Source: Mobula birostris (Eukaryota). Taken from it: 64,000 nt of DNA. The translations under genes and the position numbers were made by a program. This document shows, one piece after another, positions 11,701 through 22,900 of the stretch; the first letter of the stretch is position 1, and each line of letters opens with the position of its first letter. Below the pieces are notes generated by a model. That model was not told where the DNA came from. It was given only the letters and a program-made list of their open reading frames with translations, and searched no databases. Where the stretch lies: contig NC_092384.1 in the NCBI RefSeq assembly GCF_030028105.1, forward strand, positions 43,159,553 to 43,223,552. The letters are read 5' to 3'.

Positions 11701-13330
11701 CCAGACCATGCTCTCTTCCCGCTGCTGCCACTGGAAAGAAAATACAGGACCCGTGGGTCCCACATCAAATTCAGAAATAGTTGTCACTCTTGAACTGTCA
11801 GGTTCTTGAACCTGCAAAGATAACTTGACTCACCTCAACTCTGAATTGATTCCACAACATATGACCCTCACTTTCAAACACTCTACAACTCGTGCACTCA
11901 GTATTATTTATTTATTTATTGTATGTGCACAGTTTGTATGCAAGTTGAACTGACCAACATTGATCTACTTAATGAAGGTGAAGACACAGAGAGTGGCAAG
12001 AATGTTGATGGCATCAGATAAAGTGGTAGCAAGTTTGTAAGGAATCTGAACACCATGCAATTTGCTGACATCAGTCTCCTGATTCTACTACAAGGCTACA
12101 TCAAGGTGGGCATTTTTTAAACTTTTTATTTTTCAGGGCTAATAGTAAACAGCTCGTGATTTTGAGCTAAGTGGGTGTCATCAAAGAATCAATGTAAAGG
12201 CTGCACTATCATCCCTCAATCCAGCTTCCCGTGACGGTACTTGTAAACTACAATCAACTTCCATTATTCAACGGATTTCATAGATGAATGAAACCTGCTG
12301 TTTCAATGGTTCAATGAAGCTGATCTAATGAAGAGTTCTGTTTTTAATTTTTTTTCTACATGTCATCATACCTAGCTGGTAACACAAATATTATTACCCA
12401 TTCCTCCATGTCCCTTAGCAGATTGGCTTGTCAGACTATTTTCTGCTCTTGAGTCTAGGATCATATACACACCATACAGGGTAGGATGAGTTATACTCTC
12501 CCGTTAAGTACATTAGTGAACCAGATGGGGATTCCAATATCAATCTGATGGTTTTGTTGTTTTTGATCCAGAGTATTAACTGAACTTAAATTCCAAGGAC
12601 ACCATTGCGATAGTAATTTAACCTCTGGCCCAATGCCATGCCTATGAGCTAGATAAAATAACCTGTAATGTTTGATCAATAAACAAATCTGATTAGTCAT
12701 CATTAAATCTGGAAATTTACCCTCTTTCAATACTGGAACCACTCAGCATTGTTGACCGGGAGACCGGGAGTCAGAGTTAGAGTCTCTATCTGAAATTTTA
12801 TAACACATTATTCCAGGAAATACGCAAATCAAGGAACTCTGGGAACGCGTGGTATTTTGTTTACAAGTGTCACATACCCTCGACTCTGAACAGTGCCGCT
12901 TCACTGATGCTAGATGTGGCAATAACTTTCACATCCTTAGATTCTAACCACGGACATTTGCAAATGAAATGGAAGATGATACAGCTGAAAGTTGGGCAAT
13001 TGACAATTTAGCCAACCGCTACGGATGCTGTTACCCCCTTGCTCCAATCTATGCAGATAATAGGTGCGCACAGGAGCTGGAGTGATTTAATACTCACGAT
13101 CCCGGCATCGACGTAGGTGGCCGCTTCCTCGCACGCCTTCTCCATTATCTGAGCCAAGGAGAACCGGTGCAGAGGAGCTCCTGACGGGAGAAGGCAGAGA
13201 ATGAGACGGGGACCACTAGCGGAAAGGGGGCCGCCGGCACCTCGGGATCGGGCTCACCTGGCAGCGCTTGCAGATGCACCATTCCCAGTACCGCACAGCG
13301 CACCGAACCCCACAGCTGCCGGAGCCGCAT
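8564..13330 (-). CDS. BtpA/SgcQ-family (F13E9.13-like) protein, 5' part; join complement(13258..13330,13098..13180,10424..10604,8564..8714); remaining exons not found, probably left of the window
   Basis: Spliced translation MRLRQLWGSVRCAVLGMVHLQALPGAPLHRFSLAQIMEKACEEAATYVDAGIDGLIVENMHDIPY...PLGVQILSAAN...DFIRVEGFVFSQVSDEG...IFTDIKKKHS contains BtpA-family motifs (GMVHL.ALPG, DG.I.EN..D.PY, FIR, D.K.KH). All introns are GT-AG with matching phases (1,0,1). Confidence 0.9.
9062..9418 (-). mobile_element. CR1-type LINE 3' fragment
   Basis: ORF 9151..9399 FFSQRMVNLWNSLP is typical of the CR1 ORF2 C-terminus; CATAAGA tail. Confidence 0.8.
9952..10260 (+). mobile_element. tRNA-derived SINE, apparently full length
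   Basis: A box TGGCCAAGTGG 9959-9969; B box GAGTTCGAGCC 10002-10012; CORE-like GTGTCCTTGAGCACGGCACTTAA; flanking AGTTAAT(A/G)TCA direct repeats. Confidence 0.8.
10424..10604 (-). CDS. BtpA-like exon 3 (DGLIVENMHDIPY...ALAVALAA)
   Basis: Overlaps ORF 10371..10598; AG acceptor, CAG|GT donor; 181 nt. Confidence 0.9.
11030..11350 (+). mobile_element. Degenerate CR1 LINE 3' fragment
   Basis: CTCAGAATAAGGGGTAGG...GAAATGAAGAGAAATTTT resembles the CR1 ORF2 end. Confidence 0.5.
11355..11940 (+). mobile_element. Degenerate L2/Rex-like LINE 3' fragment
   Basis: ORF 11461..11697 TNFYRCTVESILT...WYGN, a typical C-terminal region of fish non-LTR RTs. Confidence 0.7.
13098..13180 (-). CDS. BtpA-like exon 2 (GAPLHRFSLAQIMEKACEEAATYVDAGI)
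   Basis: Acceptor CCCGTCAG|; donor ATC|GTGAGT; 83 nt, restores frame. Confidence 0.88.
13258..13330 (-). CDS. BtpA-like exon 1 (MRLRQLWGSVRCAVLGMVHLQALP-G)
   Basis: ATG at 13330; donor CAG|GTGAGC; 73 nt. Confidence 0.88.
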
Positions 13331-13950
13331 AGTGGCCCGGCTCCGGGATACAGACCCCAGCCGGCGGCACCTCCGCTAAACCGGGAAGTGAATTAGGTGA
13401 GCAGCTAAGGAGGCGGAGCCTAGAGCGCGCTGAGGGGGTGGGGCCTGGGGAGCGAAGAGGGGCGGGGCCTAATGATCATTTCCTCCGGTAGACAGCGCGC
13501 GCTCCCCTCTCCCGCCAGCGATTTAAAGGGATCGGCGCATGCGCACTGAAGCATATCTGCCGGGATCTTTTTTTCCGCGGTAGCACCCGGCGAGGGTGGA
13601 GGAGTCCCGGCCAGGGGTGGGGGTCACTGGTATATAGTACGGACAGTGGCCGTCGGCAGCAGCATCGGTCACTGAGCTGCCCATCGGATTGCCGCTCCGT
13701 CAGCTGCAGCTGGCCCCGTCTGTTCCCGGTACGCTAGTGAGGGGGGATGCGGTTGGAGAGGTGAGGGTGCCGGTAGCCATCTTCGGATGTGTGGCCAGAG
13801 CGGCCCCTTCTCCCGATATCAGTAGTGTGACTGGGCTGGGTGGTGGAGCCCATCCCCACCCCGCGCCTCCCATCTCCACTTCGAGCCCAAACTGCGGCCA
13901 AGTTAATGAGCAACATAACTCACTGTGGCCCTGTTCTCTCCCAATTACAG
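13331..13950. promoter_or_regulatory. CpG-island bidirectional promoter shared by the BtpA-like gene and CCNE1 (likely includes a non-coding CCNE1 exon 1)
   Basis: GC/CpG-rich segment between divergent ATGs (13330 and 13983); GC box GGGGCGGGGC 13459-13468; NRF1 palindrome GCGCATGCGC 13535-13544; ETS-like GGAAGTG near 13384; E2F-like TTTCCGCG near 13572. Confidence 0.8.
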
Positions 13951-13982
13951 GATAACTTTCACCCACACATTCCGCTCCGAAG

Positions 13983-13996
13983 ATGCCCCGGAAAAG
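13983..13996 (+). CDS. CCNE1: CCNE1 first coding exon (MPRK-)
   Basis: Acceptor TTACAG| at 13950, ATG 13983, donor AAG|GTACCT. Confidence 0.8.
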
Positions 13997-16900
13997 GTAC
14001 CTTTTAATCTGCCTGCGTGTCCTAAATGATTGCCATGCCTATCGTCAGAGGCCTAATCTGTGATGTTACTCGCCACGTTTAAAAGTCTTTTTTCTTTCCC
14101 TCCTCTCAGTGATAGAATAGAAGAACATTCAACAAAGACCGAAAAAACAAGTGAAGTTCTGCGATCCAGAAAGCGAAAAGCAGATGTTGCTATTGTGAGT
14201 TTGACCGCACGTAAATGTGCTATTGTGTTAACACGTTGCCTAAAACTAGATTTGGTAATCATTTTTTTAAAAATCGTAGTGTTTACAAGATTTTGATGAA
14301 GTTACCGAAGAACTGGCAACGAACCCGTTTAAAGATAAGGTAATGGCATATTGGATTCGGTCTCTCTACTCTGAATTACCAATTTCTCTCGGTGGAAATG
14401 CTAAAGTTTCATTAAACCCCTCTCATAAGGAGGGAGAAGGCAGTATCTGAATATTATTGTAGTATTTAGCCTAACTTTCCTGTGCATGTGAGTACAGATT
14501 CAATGGGATCTTTATTCTAGAGTTGGTTGCATTTTATAGTTGTTTGTGGGCCCACTGACAAAATGATCCACCATTATCCCATATCTAATGTAAAATTCTA
14601 TTTAAAGTATTCCATACAAAGTTAAATCTCATTCGCAGTTCTTTCATTTTTCAACCTTTATGGTTCATAAATGTTCCAATCTTTAATTATACATTGGCTT
14701 TCCTTTGACCAGTCCAAAATGAGGCTTCCTTTTAGCAAATTCTGCAACTTGACATCTTAAAGGCCCTCAAGCCATCCACTGTTTACTGTTGCTGCCATCT
14801 AGTGAGAATAAGTATAATTGCGCTATACTCTATTTGCCAGTTTATCCTACCAGACCTCTAGGTCGCAGTAACTGGTCAAACACCAACCCTTCCTGCCTTC
14901 TGATTATATAATTTTGGTCTGTCTAAATATTGTGCTGAATTTCCAGATCATCTTCTTTTCCTTTGTTTGTAGCACCGATTAACTTCTGATTTGAACCTTC
15001 ACCTGGTCACCAAGCTAACTGCAAACCTTTGAAAACCATGTTCTTCACAACTCACTGGGTTTTATATCACTTGAACTTAAATCAATAAACAGTCTATTTT
15101 TGAGCAATTTCTGTTTGGATTGTAGCCACTTCTGAGCCCCAACTCGAGTTCAGCTTGGCTTTTCAGAAGCCAGTGTCAGCTGACATTGCTGACTGGATCT
15201 TTAGTTTTAATTTCTACTTTCGAATCGACCATGATATAACTGTAAATTCCTATCCTGCTTTAAGTCTCTTGCCCATCCAAAATTAAATCTGGCTCTTGCC
15301 AATTTTATTTAGTTAGTGAGAAAGCACGAACAGACCCTTCTGGCCCAACAAGCCCCACACAGCCCAGCAACTAACCTATTTAACACTGGCCATATTTCTG
15401 GACAATTTACAATGACTAGCCTCTACCTCTTTGGTCTGTGAGAGGAAACTCACAGGGAGAATTCTTTGCTTGCTACAGTCTAACACCATCAAAGCATCAA
15501 AATGGCAGTTCTCAGACATGAACGTGATTCTTTCTTCCCTTTTGTCTGTGATAAATATTTTAAAAATTTATCTACACACAGCCTTCAATGCAGTTGATCA
15601 GTTCAGCATATGAAGTTGTGATCAGAAAATCACCTGCAGTGGTTTCACTTCCTCTGGGTATCTAATCTTATTTCTACCACATGGTTGATTATAGCATTTG
15701 AAAAAGCATTGGGTTTCATATGTATGCAGCTGACATTTCTTTTATTCCTACTCTGCAGTCTTTCAGCCCAACCTTCCAGATTGTCTTGCACATTTGTTTT
15801 GATTTTCTACAATTTCTAAAGGACTGGTCACCAGGATTTTGTGGTGTGTGCTGCTTTAGAGACCCTTGTGTAACTAGTAAGATGTATTTTTCCCCTCCAG
15901 ATATGTGTCTCAATCAGTATCCTGGTGTTCAGTTTTACTTTTGTGCATTTTGGATTACACAAAGCTTAGTTTGCAGTGCAGACCAGCTATTTTCTGACCT
16001 GTAACAAAATTGAAACATTGAATCAACATTTTGTAAATGACAATGACCAAAGTACCTTTCCATTTGCAGAAATCGTGGATCAAATACAACTTAATCTCTT
16101 TATCATGTAGTGCCTTGCCTATTTAAGTGTAATTTTAACATCTTTTCTCATTTTCTTGAGGGCATTGCTTAAAGAATACAGGTTAGCGATCAGTTTGTTA
16201 CTAGAGTGCTCATGCATATTTGCAGGATGATCTCTCAATTTGAGTATTGTAATATAATAAGTTTGATTCAATGCTATCCTTTTCCTGCCACAGATACTGA
16301 TTGTAGGAACATCATTACCTATCCTCTTCACACTTTAGATGCCAGAAACAGTTCTGACTTGGTGAAAATAGGCATCGTTAGTAAGGCCAACTAATGCTCA
16401 TCCTTAATTGCCCTAAGGTAAAGGTTCCTAACCTGGGGTCCATGGACCACTCTGGTAGGGGTCTAAGGCATTAAAGTTTAAAATCCCTTTCATAAGGTGA
16501 TAGTGAAATGCTGCTGTCCATAAAGTGGCATTTTCAAGATTTGGAAGGATTGTTCCAAGTCAAGGTTGTACATGATTTGGGAGAGCAAACTTGGTGCTGG
16601 GGATTTCATAGCATTTTTTTTCATTACTCCCCTCCTGTGAAGTTTTTAATGTTTTAGCTATGGTGTGCTTAAAACTGAGAGAATACAGAAATGTTTCTGT
16701 GGCAGATGGTGTACAATCCAGCAGGGTATTTTTAGTTTGTAATGGCACTGCAAACTACTGTGCCATGCAGGTGGCAGAAAGACTAGTTGGACAGAACACT
16801 AAAAATGTGATTGCTGGCCTGCTCTTGTCCCCATACATTGGTGTCTCCCAGTTGGGATGGCTTAATAATGGTTACTTGTACAAGTTCCCCTGATACTTGA

Positions 16901-19900
16901 GTAATTCAGTTCACCTATAATGTGCTAGTGGTGAAGGTGACTCTGGGTATACCTCCAAATGTTTGAAGATGATTTTTGACAGGTGATTGAACTATTGTAG
17001 TACCTAGATATTTGTTGGGTGGTGTTGTCTTACAGCCATTTGACTTCAGACATTAAAGTAACAAATTTGAGTAAGAATTTATTCTGCTACTTGGCAAAAT
17101 CATGACTAATCTTGGAACTTGATCCACACTAGCCTTTTCTCCATATTCATTTAACATTTTTTAAAAGCAAAGCTCCTTTTCCAAATAACAAAGTGGTTGT
17201 GCTTTAATGGCAATACAACAGTTTGATGGTCCCCTTTTGTTGGTATTAGTACTTTATTAAATTTGGAAGAAGTTAAGTTCTTCAGTTGCCATGGTGGAAT
17301 CTGAACACTCGAGTGACTTTTTTTCCAGAATTGCAATTCATCACAATTAATCATTCCAGTAATCAGGCGCATTTTGTCAGTGCAGTTTGAGAAGCTGTCA
17401 AAACTCACTATTATTATCAGAATGGAAGCTTGTAAAATCACTTAACCATTTCAATCCCATGACAGGAACAGGTGTAGTATCCAGAATGATGTATGGGGGA
17501 AGGTGATATTAAAATTTGGGGAAGACGATCCAAGCAACATTGCTATGCTAGCTCTAGACTTTGCCATCATGAGCTAAGTACATGCTAAATCTTGGAAAGT
17601 GTGTTATGCATCTGTAAAATTCACTTTAATTGCAGGATTGCTGGAATATTAAAACCAACTGTGCAAGTCCTTCCAGATTCACCTCATTGTCACACAAAAA
17701 TTCAGATGGCATGATAACATCATATTCCACAAGTAATATACAGTGCAAGTTCAAAAATGTCTTAGCCACCCCAACTAGAGCTTCACCATTACCTGTCTTC
17801 TGGTAAGTTTATTCACTTGTACCATAGATTTGTGTACCTTGAATTCTCATTCCAATGAGACTGGCAACTTGAATAATGGCCAGATAATGTATTTACACAA
17901 TCTTATTTTTAAAAATGTTAACAGCTGGGCAAATAGAGATGAGGTATGGAATATTCTTCTGAAAAAAGAACAGATGTATTTGAGAGACAAAGATGTTTTA
18001 CAAAAACATCCTCTCTTGCAACCGAAGATGAGGGCTATTCTTTTGGACTGGTTAATGGAGGTAAGGCACCACTTGGAGCATTAATTATTCTGGTTAGACT
18101 TAATTATTAAACCAATAAGTGATTTTTAAAAAATTCAAATTCTAAAACCATTGTTTATTAATTCTGAGTACTGGCAAAGTTATCAATGAGTTGCTCCACT
18201 CCTTATTACAGCATTTGGTCATTAGGATTTTGAACCACAGGGAATGGGTCCAAGTCAAAGTGTTTGAATAATCTATGAAGTACAGTTGCAACATTAATTA
18301 AAGAACTAGTTCAATCTGCCAAACAAGATGCTGCAAGAGGCAAGAAATCTGGAAAAGGATGAATACTGAGAAATGTGGAGAGTTAATGTTTTTGGTTGAT
18401 AATTTAGTGATAACTGTATAAATGTGAAGCAATTGTGCACTGCAGGAATGGTATTTTTGTTCTTTGCAATGATAATTGTACAAATATTACAAATAGGAAT
18501 TTGTCATTGAAAAACTTGTTATCTATTAATTTTGAATTTTTAAACTATTGTAAAGGTTTGCGAAGCCTACAAGCTACACAGAGAAACATTTTATTTAGCC
18601 CAGGACTACTTTGATAGATTTATGGCAACACAGAACAACATTGTAAAGACACGATTGCAGCTTATTGGTATTTCATCTTTATTTATTGCTGCAAAGCTGG
18701 AGGTATGGTAACATTTACAAACAATCTAAGAATTGAGTATTTTTTCCATTTAGCAACAGGACACTTAATTCTCTAACATTTTGCAGGAAATATACCCACC
18801 AAAGTTGCATCAGTTTGCCTTTGTTACTGATGGGGCTTGCACAGAAGAAGAAATTCTCAACATGGAACTTGTTATTTTGAAGGTACTTTAATTTTAAGTA
18901 TTTCCAATAATGGCTAATATACACGATGGCTGTATTAAAATAAGCCATTTTTGCTCCACCCTGAATGGAATAACATCTGAAACGTATCACCATTGTTCTG
19001 AGATATTTGCAAATGCTATTAATTCAGCTCAATTCTATGTAGCAGATTATCCACTATTTTTAAATTATTCTAGGCTCTGAAATGGAGTTTGTGTCCTGTA
19101 ACCATTGTGTCTTGGCTCAATATCTACATGCAAGTTGCTTATTTCAAAGAAAAGTACGAAGTACTGATTCCACAATACCCCCAGGAAATATTTGTTCAAG
19201 TAATGGAGGTAAACCCATTTTTAATCAATTATTTTAGCTGCTATTAACAAATCAGGATGGTAATTATATGCTTTCAAATGTCCCTCAGTTGATATGTGCT
19301 TAATATATTACAGTGCAACTTCAACATTTTTGGGGTTATGATATGAACAAGTTGAAGGAAATTGCTGTTTAACTGTCTGGCTCAAGCTCTGTTTTGAACA
19401 CTGAACAGCTTTGCTCCAAATATACAAATGAAAACTGACCAATCTCCAATCCACTGCTACCAACCTCCACCCCTCCATTGGTTTCTACCTCCTACCAAGA
19501 TTTATATACCTAACTTCCCCATAGGGCTATTGTTTCTGCCCGGTCCTACACTACTGAACTCATGTCCACATTGTTCGACCCCCCCCCCCCCCCCCCCCCA
19601 AGGTTTAGCTGCTGACAACCTACATCTGACTTCACATGTCCTCTCACCTCGATCACCCTCAGGTGATGCAACCCTTCACCTGTGAGTCAGTCGGGCTCAT
19701 CTATTGCATCCAGTGCTCCTAGAGCAGCCTCTACATCAGTGAGCTGAACACACTTTTGTTTGTCAAGCACCTTAGCTGTCTGCTGCAAAAGGCACGATCT
19801 CACGACGGCCACCCATTTCAATTTGACTTCCCATACTGATGTGTAAACATGGTCTCCTTTACTACCATGCCAACTTCAAACTTGGAATGGCAAGCAAAAC

Positions 19901-22900
19901 CTCATTCCATCTGGGTAGCCTCCAACCTGATGGCAGGAACATTAAATCCTTTCACTTATAATAATTTCTCCTCCCTCCCTCCCCTTTTTCCATTCCCTAT
20001 TCTGTTTATCTCCTCACCAGTTCACTTCTCCTTGTCTGCCCATAACCTCCCTCCTGTTTCTCCTCCCCATTTCCTTTCATAGTCTGCTATCCTCGATCAG
20101 ATTCCTTCCTCAACCCCCTAGCCCCTCCCAGCTTATTTCATTCTCACTCCCCCACCCACCTTCCCCCTCAACCTGATTTTCACAAACGCACTTGTCTTCC
20201 TTCCCCTACCCTTTCGTTATTCTGGCTCTTACCTTTTTTTCTGAAGTGTTTGGCACAAAACACCAACTATTTCCCTCCATAGATGCTGCCTGACTTGCTG
20301 AGTTGCTCCAGCATTATATGTTAGTGAAGGTTTCCAGTATCTGCAGAATCTCGTGTTAATGACAATACTATTCTCAATATACATTTAAAAATATAATCAG
20401 ATACTGGCTTTCTCCAGAATTGGAGAAACAGTTGGGGGGGGGGGGCGGGGAGCATCATTCAAAGTTGTTCCTGATTACAGAAAATACTAAGTCAAATATG
20501 CATGTTGATTCTATGGACAAGAACAATTTGATTAAACTTTTCAATATACTAGATGTATGGGAGTCAGGGTAGAAGGATGAATACGAAATATTCAACCTCT
20601 ACTGCTTTAAGTTTGTGTAATGGTAAAATGGTGGCACACTTTTATTTACGATCGCAAGACATTCAGAACGTAAATAGTGTGGGTCTACTCCATCAGTGAG
20701 TTGCTCCTTGTCAGAGGAACTTAAGGTGCGGATTGTGCTGCTGCCTGCATCAGAGGCATTGGAGAGGATGTGCAATCTAACTGCGGGTGATCGTCCTAGT
20801 TGCTTTTCTTGTGATGCAAGACCCTGTTGAACACTTATTAATGTGAAATGCTGCACATCCAATTCACTGGTTTATTGGCAAATGGCTGGGGAGCTGTGGC
20901 CTCAGTCTTAGGTGCACTGTCACCTTTTTGCAGCTGGCCAAGACAGAGGCCTTGAAGTTGGTGCGCTCCACCAGCGGCAGTGTGACGTACACGTTGGAGT
21001 CTATGCTGTCCTGTGCTCACTTAGCAGAGGGCAGGATGTAGTTTGTCTGCATATTACAACATTCATGGACTCAGGGATTTGGACTGACTGACTATTTTAC
21101 AGCTGTCTTATGTGCTGTGTGTGACTGTTTGGCTCTATTCGTAGGTATTCATGTATGCTTGAACTTGATAACAGCCAAACTTTTTGTTCTCTCAATAGCT
21201 ATTGGATCTCTGTATTTTGGATCTCAAATGTTTGGAGTTCACGTATGGAGTTGTAGCAGCTTCAGCTTTGTATTACTTTTCTTCCTGTGACCTAGTTCAC
21301 AAAGCATCAGGTACAGTGACATTTCTGGTTGTGTACACGGTGGCCCGATGGTCCACATGTAAACTTAATTATTAACAACCATTTAATGCATAGGTTTTGA
21401 GTGGAGTGAAATAGAAGGATGTGTAAGATGGATGATTCCATTCACCATGGCCTTGAGGGAAGCAGGAAACATAACAATGAAGAACTTGAAAGGTGTCTGT
21501 TCTGAGGATATGCACAACATACAGATACACTCCAACAATTTATCGTTATTGGTAAGTTTTATTTTGTATGCACAGGACCAGGCATTTTGACTTTGATCTG
21601 TACCATTAGTACACCGTGGTGGGGGGAGAAGGAATAGTGCATTCACAATTGCAAGAAAATTGTAAACCCTTTGCAATTACCTGGTTTTCTGCATTAATTA
21701 CACTTAAAATGTGATCTGGCCTTCATATAAGTCACAGTAAGACACACAATCTCATTCAAACTAATGAAACAAAACAATTGTACTTTCCATATCCTTACTG
21801 AACACTGTTTGATCATTCAGTCTAGGCTGGAAAAATTGTGAACCCTTGTACTTAAAACTGGTAGAACCTCCTTTAGCATCAATAACCTCCACCAAACATT
21901 TCATGTAGCTTCTGCTCAGACTTGCACAATGGCGAGGAGAAATTTCAGACCATTGCTCCATACAAAATTGTTTTGGTCATCAATATTTCTGGGATACCTT
22001 GCATGAACAGCCCTCTCCAGGCCATGCCACAGCATTTCATTTGGGTTAAGGTCTGGACTCTGACTTGGCCATTTCAAAACACACTTTCTTTTTAAACCAT
22101 TGTTTAAACTGTCGTTGATTTACTCCTGTTTCAGATCATTTTCTTGTTGCATCATCCAACTTTAGGTGACAGACCACTACCCTGACATTCTCCTGAAATG
22201 TCTTGATACAATTTTGAATTCATTTTTTTCCCCTCAATGACAGTAAGTTGTCCAGACCCTGAGGCAGCAAAGCAGTCCCAAACAATGATGCTCCTTCCAC
22301 CATGCTTCACAGTCAGGATGAGATTTTGGTGTTAGTGTGCGGTGCCCTTTTCCCTCCAAACACGGTGGTGTGCATTTCTGCCAAAAAGTTCAACTTTTAT
22401 CTTATCTGTCCATAAAATATTGTCCCAGAAGCATTGTAGAACATCTAGGTAGTCTTTTGCAAACATGAGATGTGCAGCAATTTATTTTTGGAGAGCAGTG
22501 GTTTCCTCCATGGTGTCCTTCCATGAACACCATTCTTGTTCAGTGTTTTTCTTGTAGTGGACACATGAATGAGGTGTTTGTGTGCAGTGCCCTGTTTCCT
22601 CTTAACGTAGTGGTGTGCACTACTGCCAAAAAGTTTCAAGTTTGTAAAAGTTTAACAAGCAGCAATATTTGTTCGTTGTTTTTTTTTGAGAACAATGGTT
22701 TCCTCCATGGTGTCATTCCATGAATATCATTCTTGTTCAGTGTTTCTCTTACAGTGGACACATGAACAGAGACTGTAGCAACTTCTAGAGATTTCTACAG
22801 GCCCTTTGCTGTTACCCTTGGGTCCTTTTTCACCTCTATCAACATTGCACGTTGTGCTCTTGATGTGATCTTTGCAGAATGCCCACTCCTAGGGAGAGAA

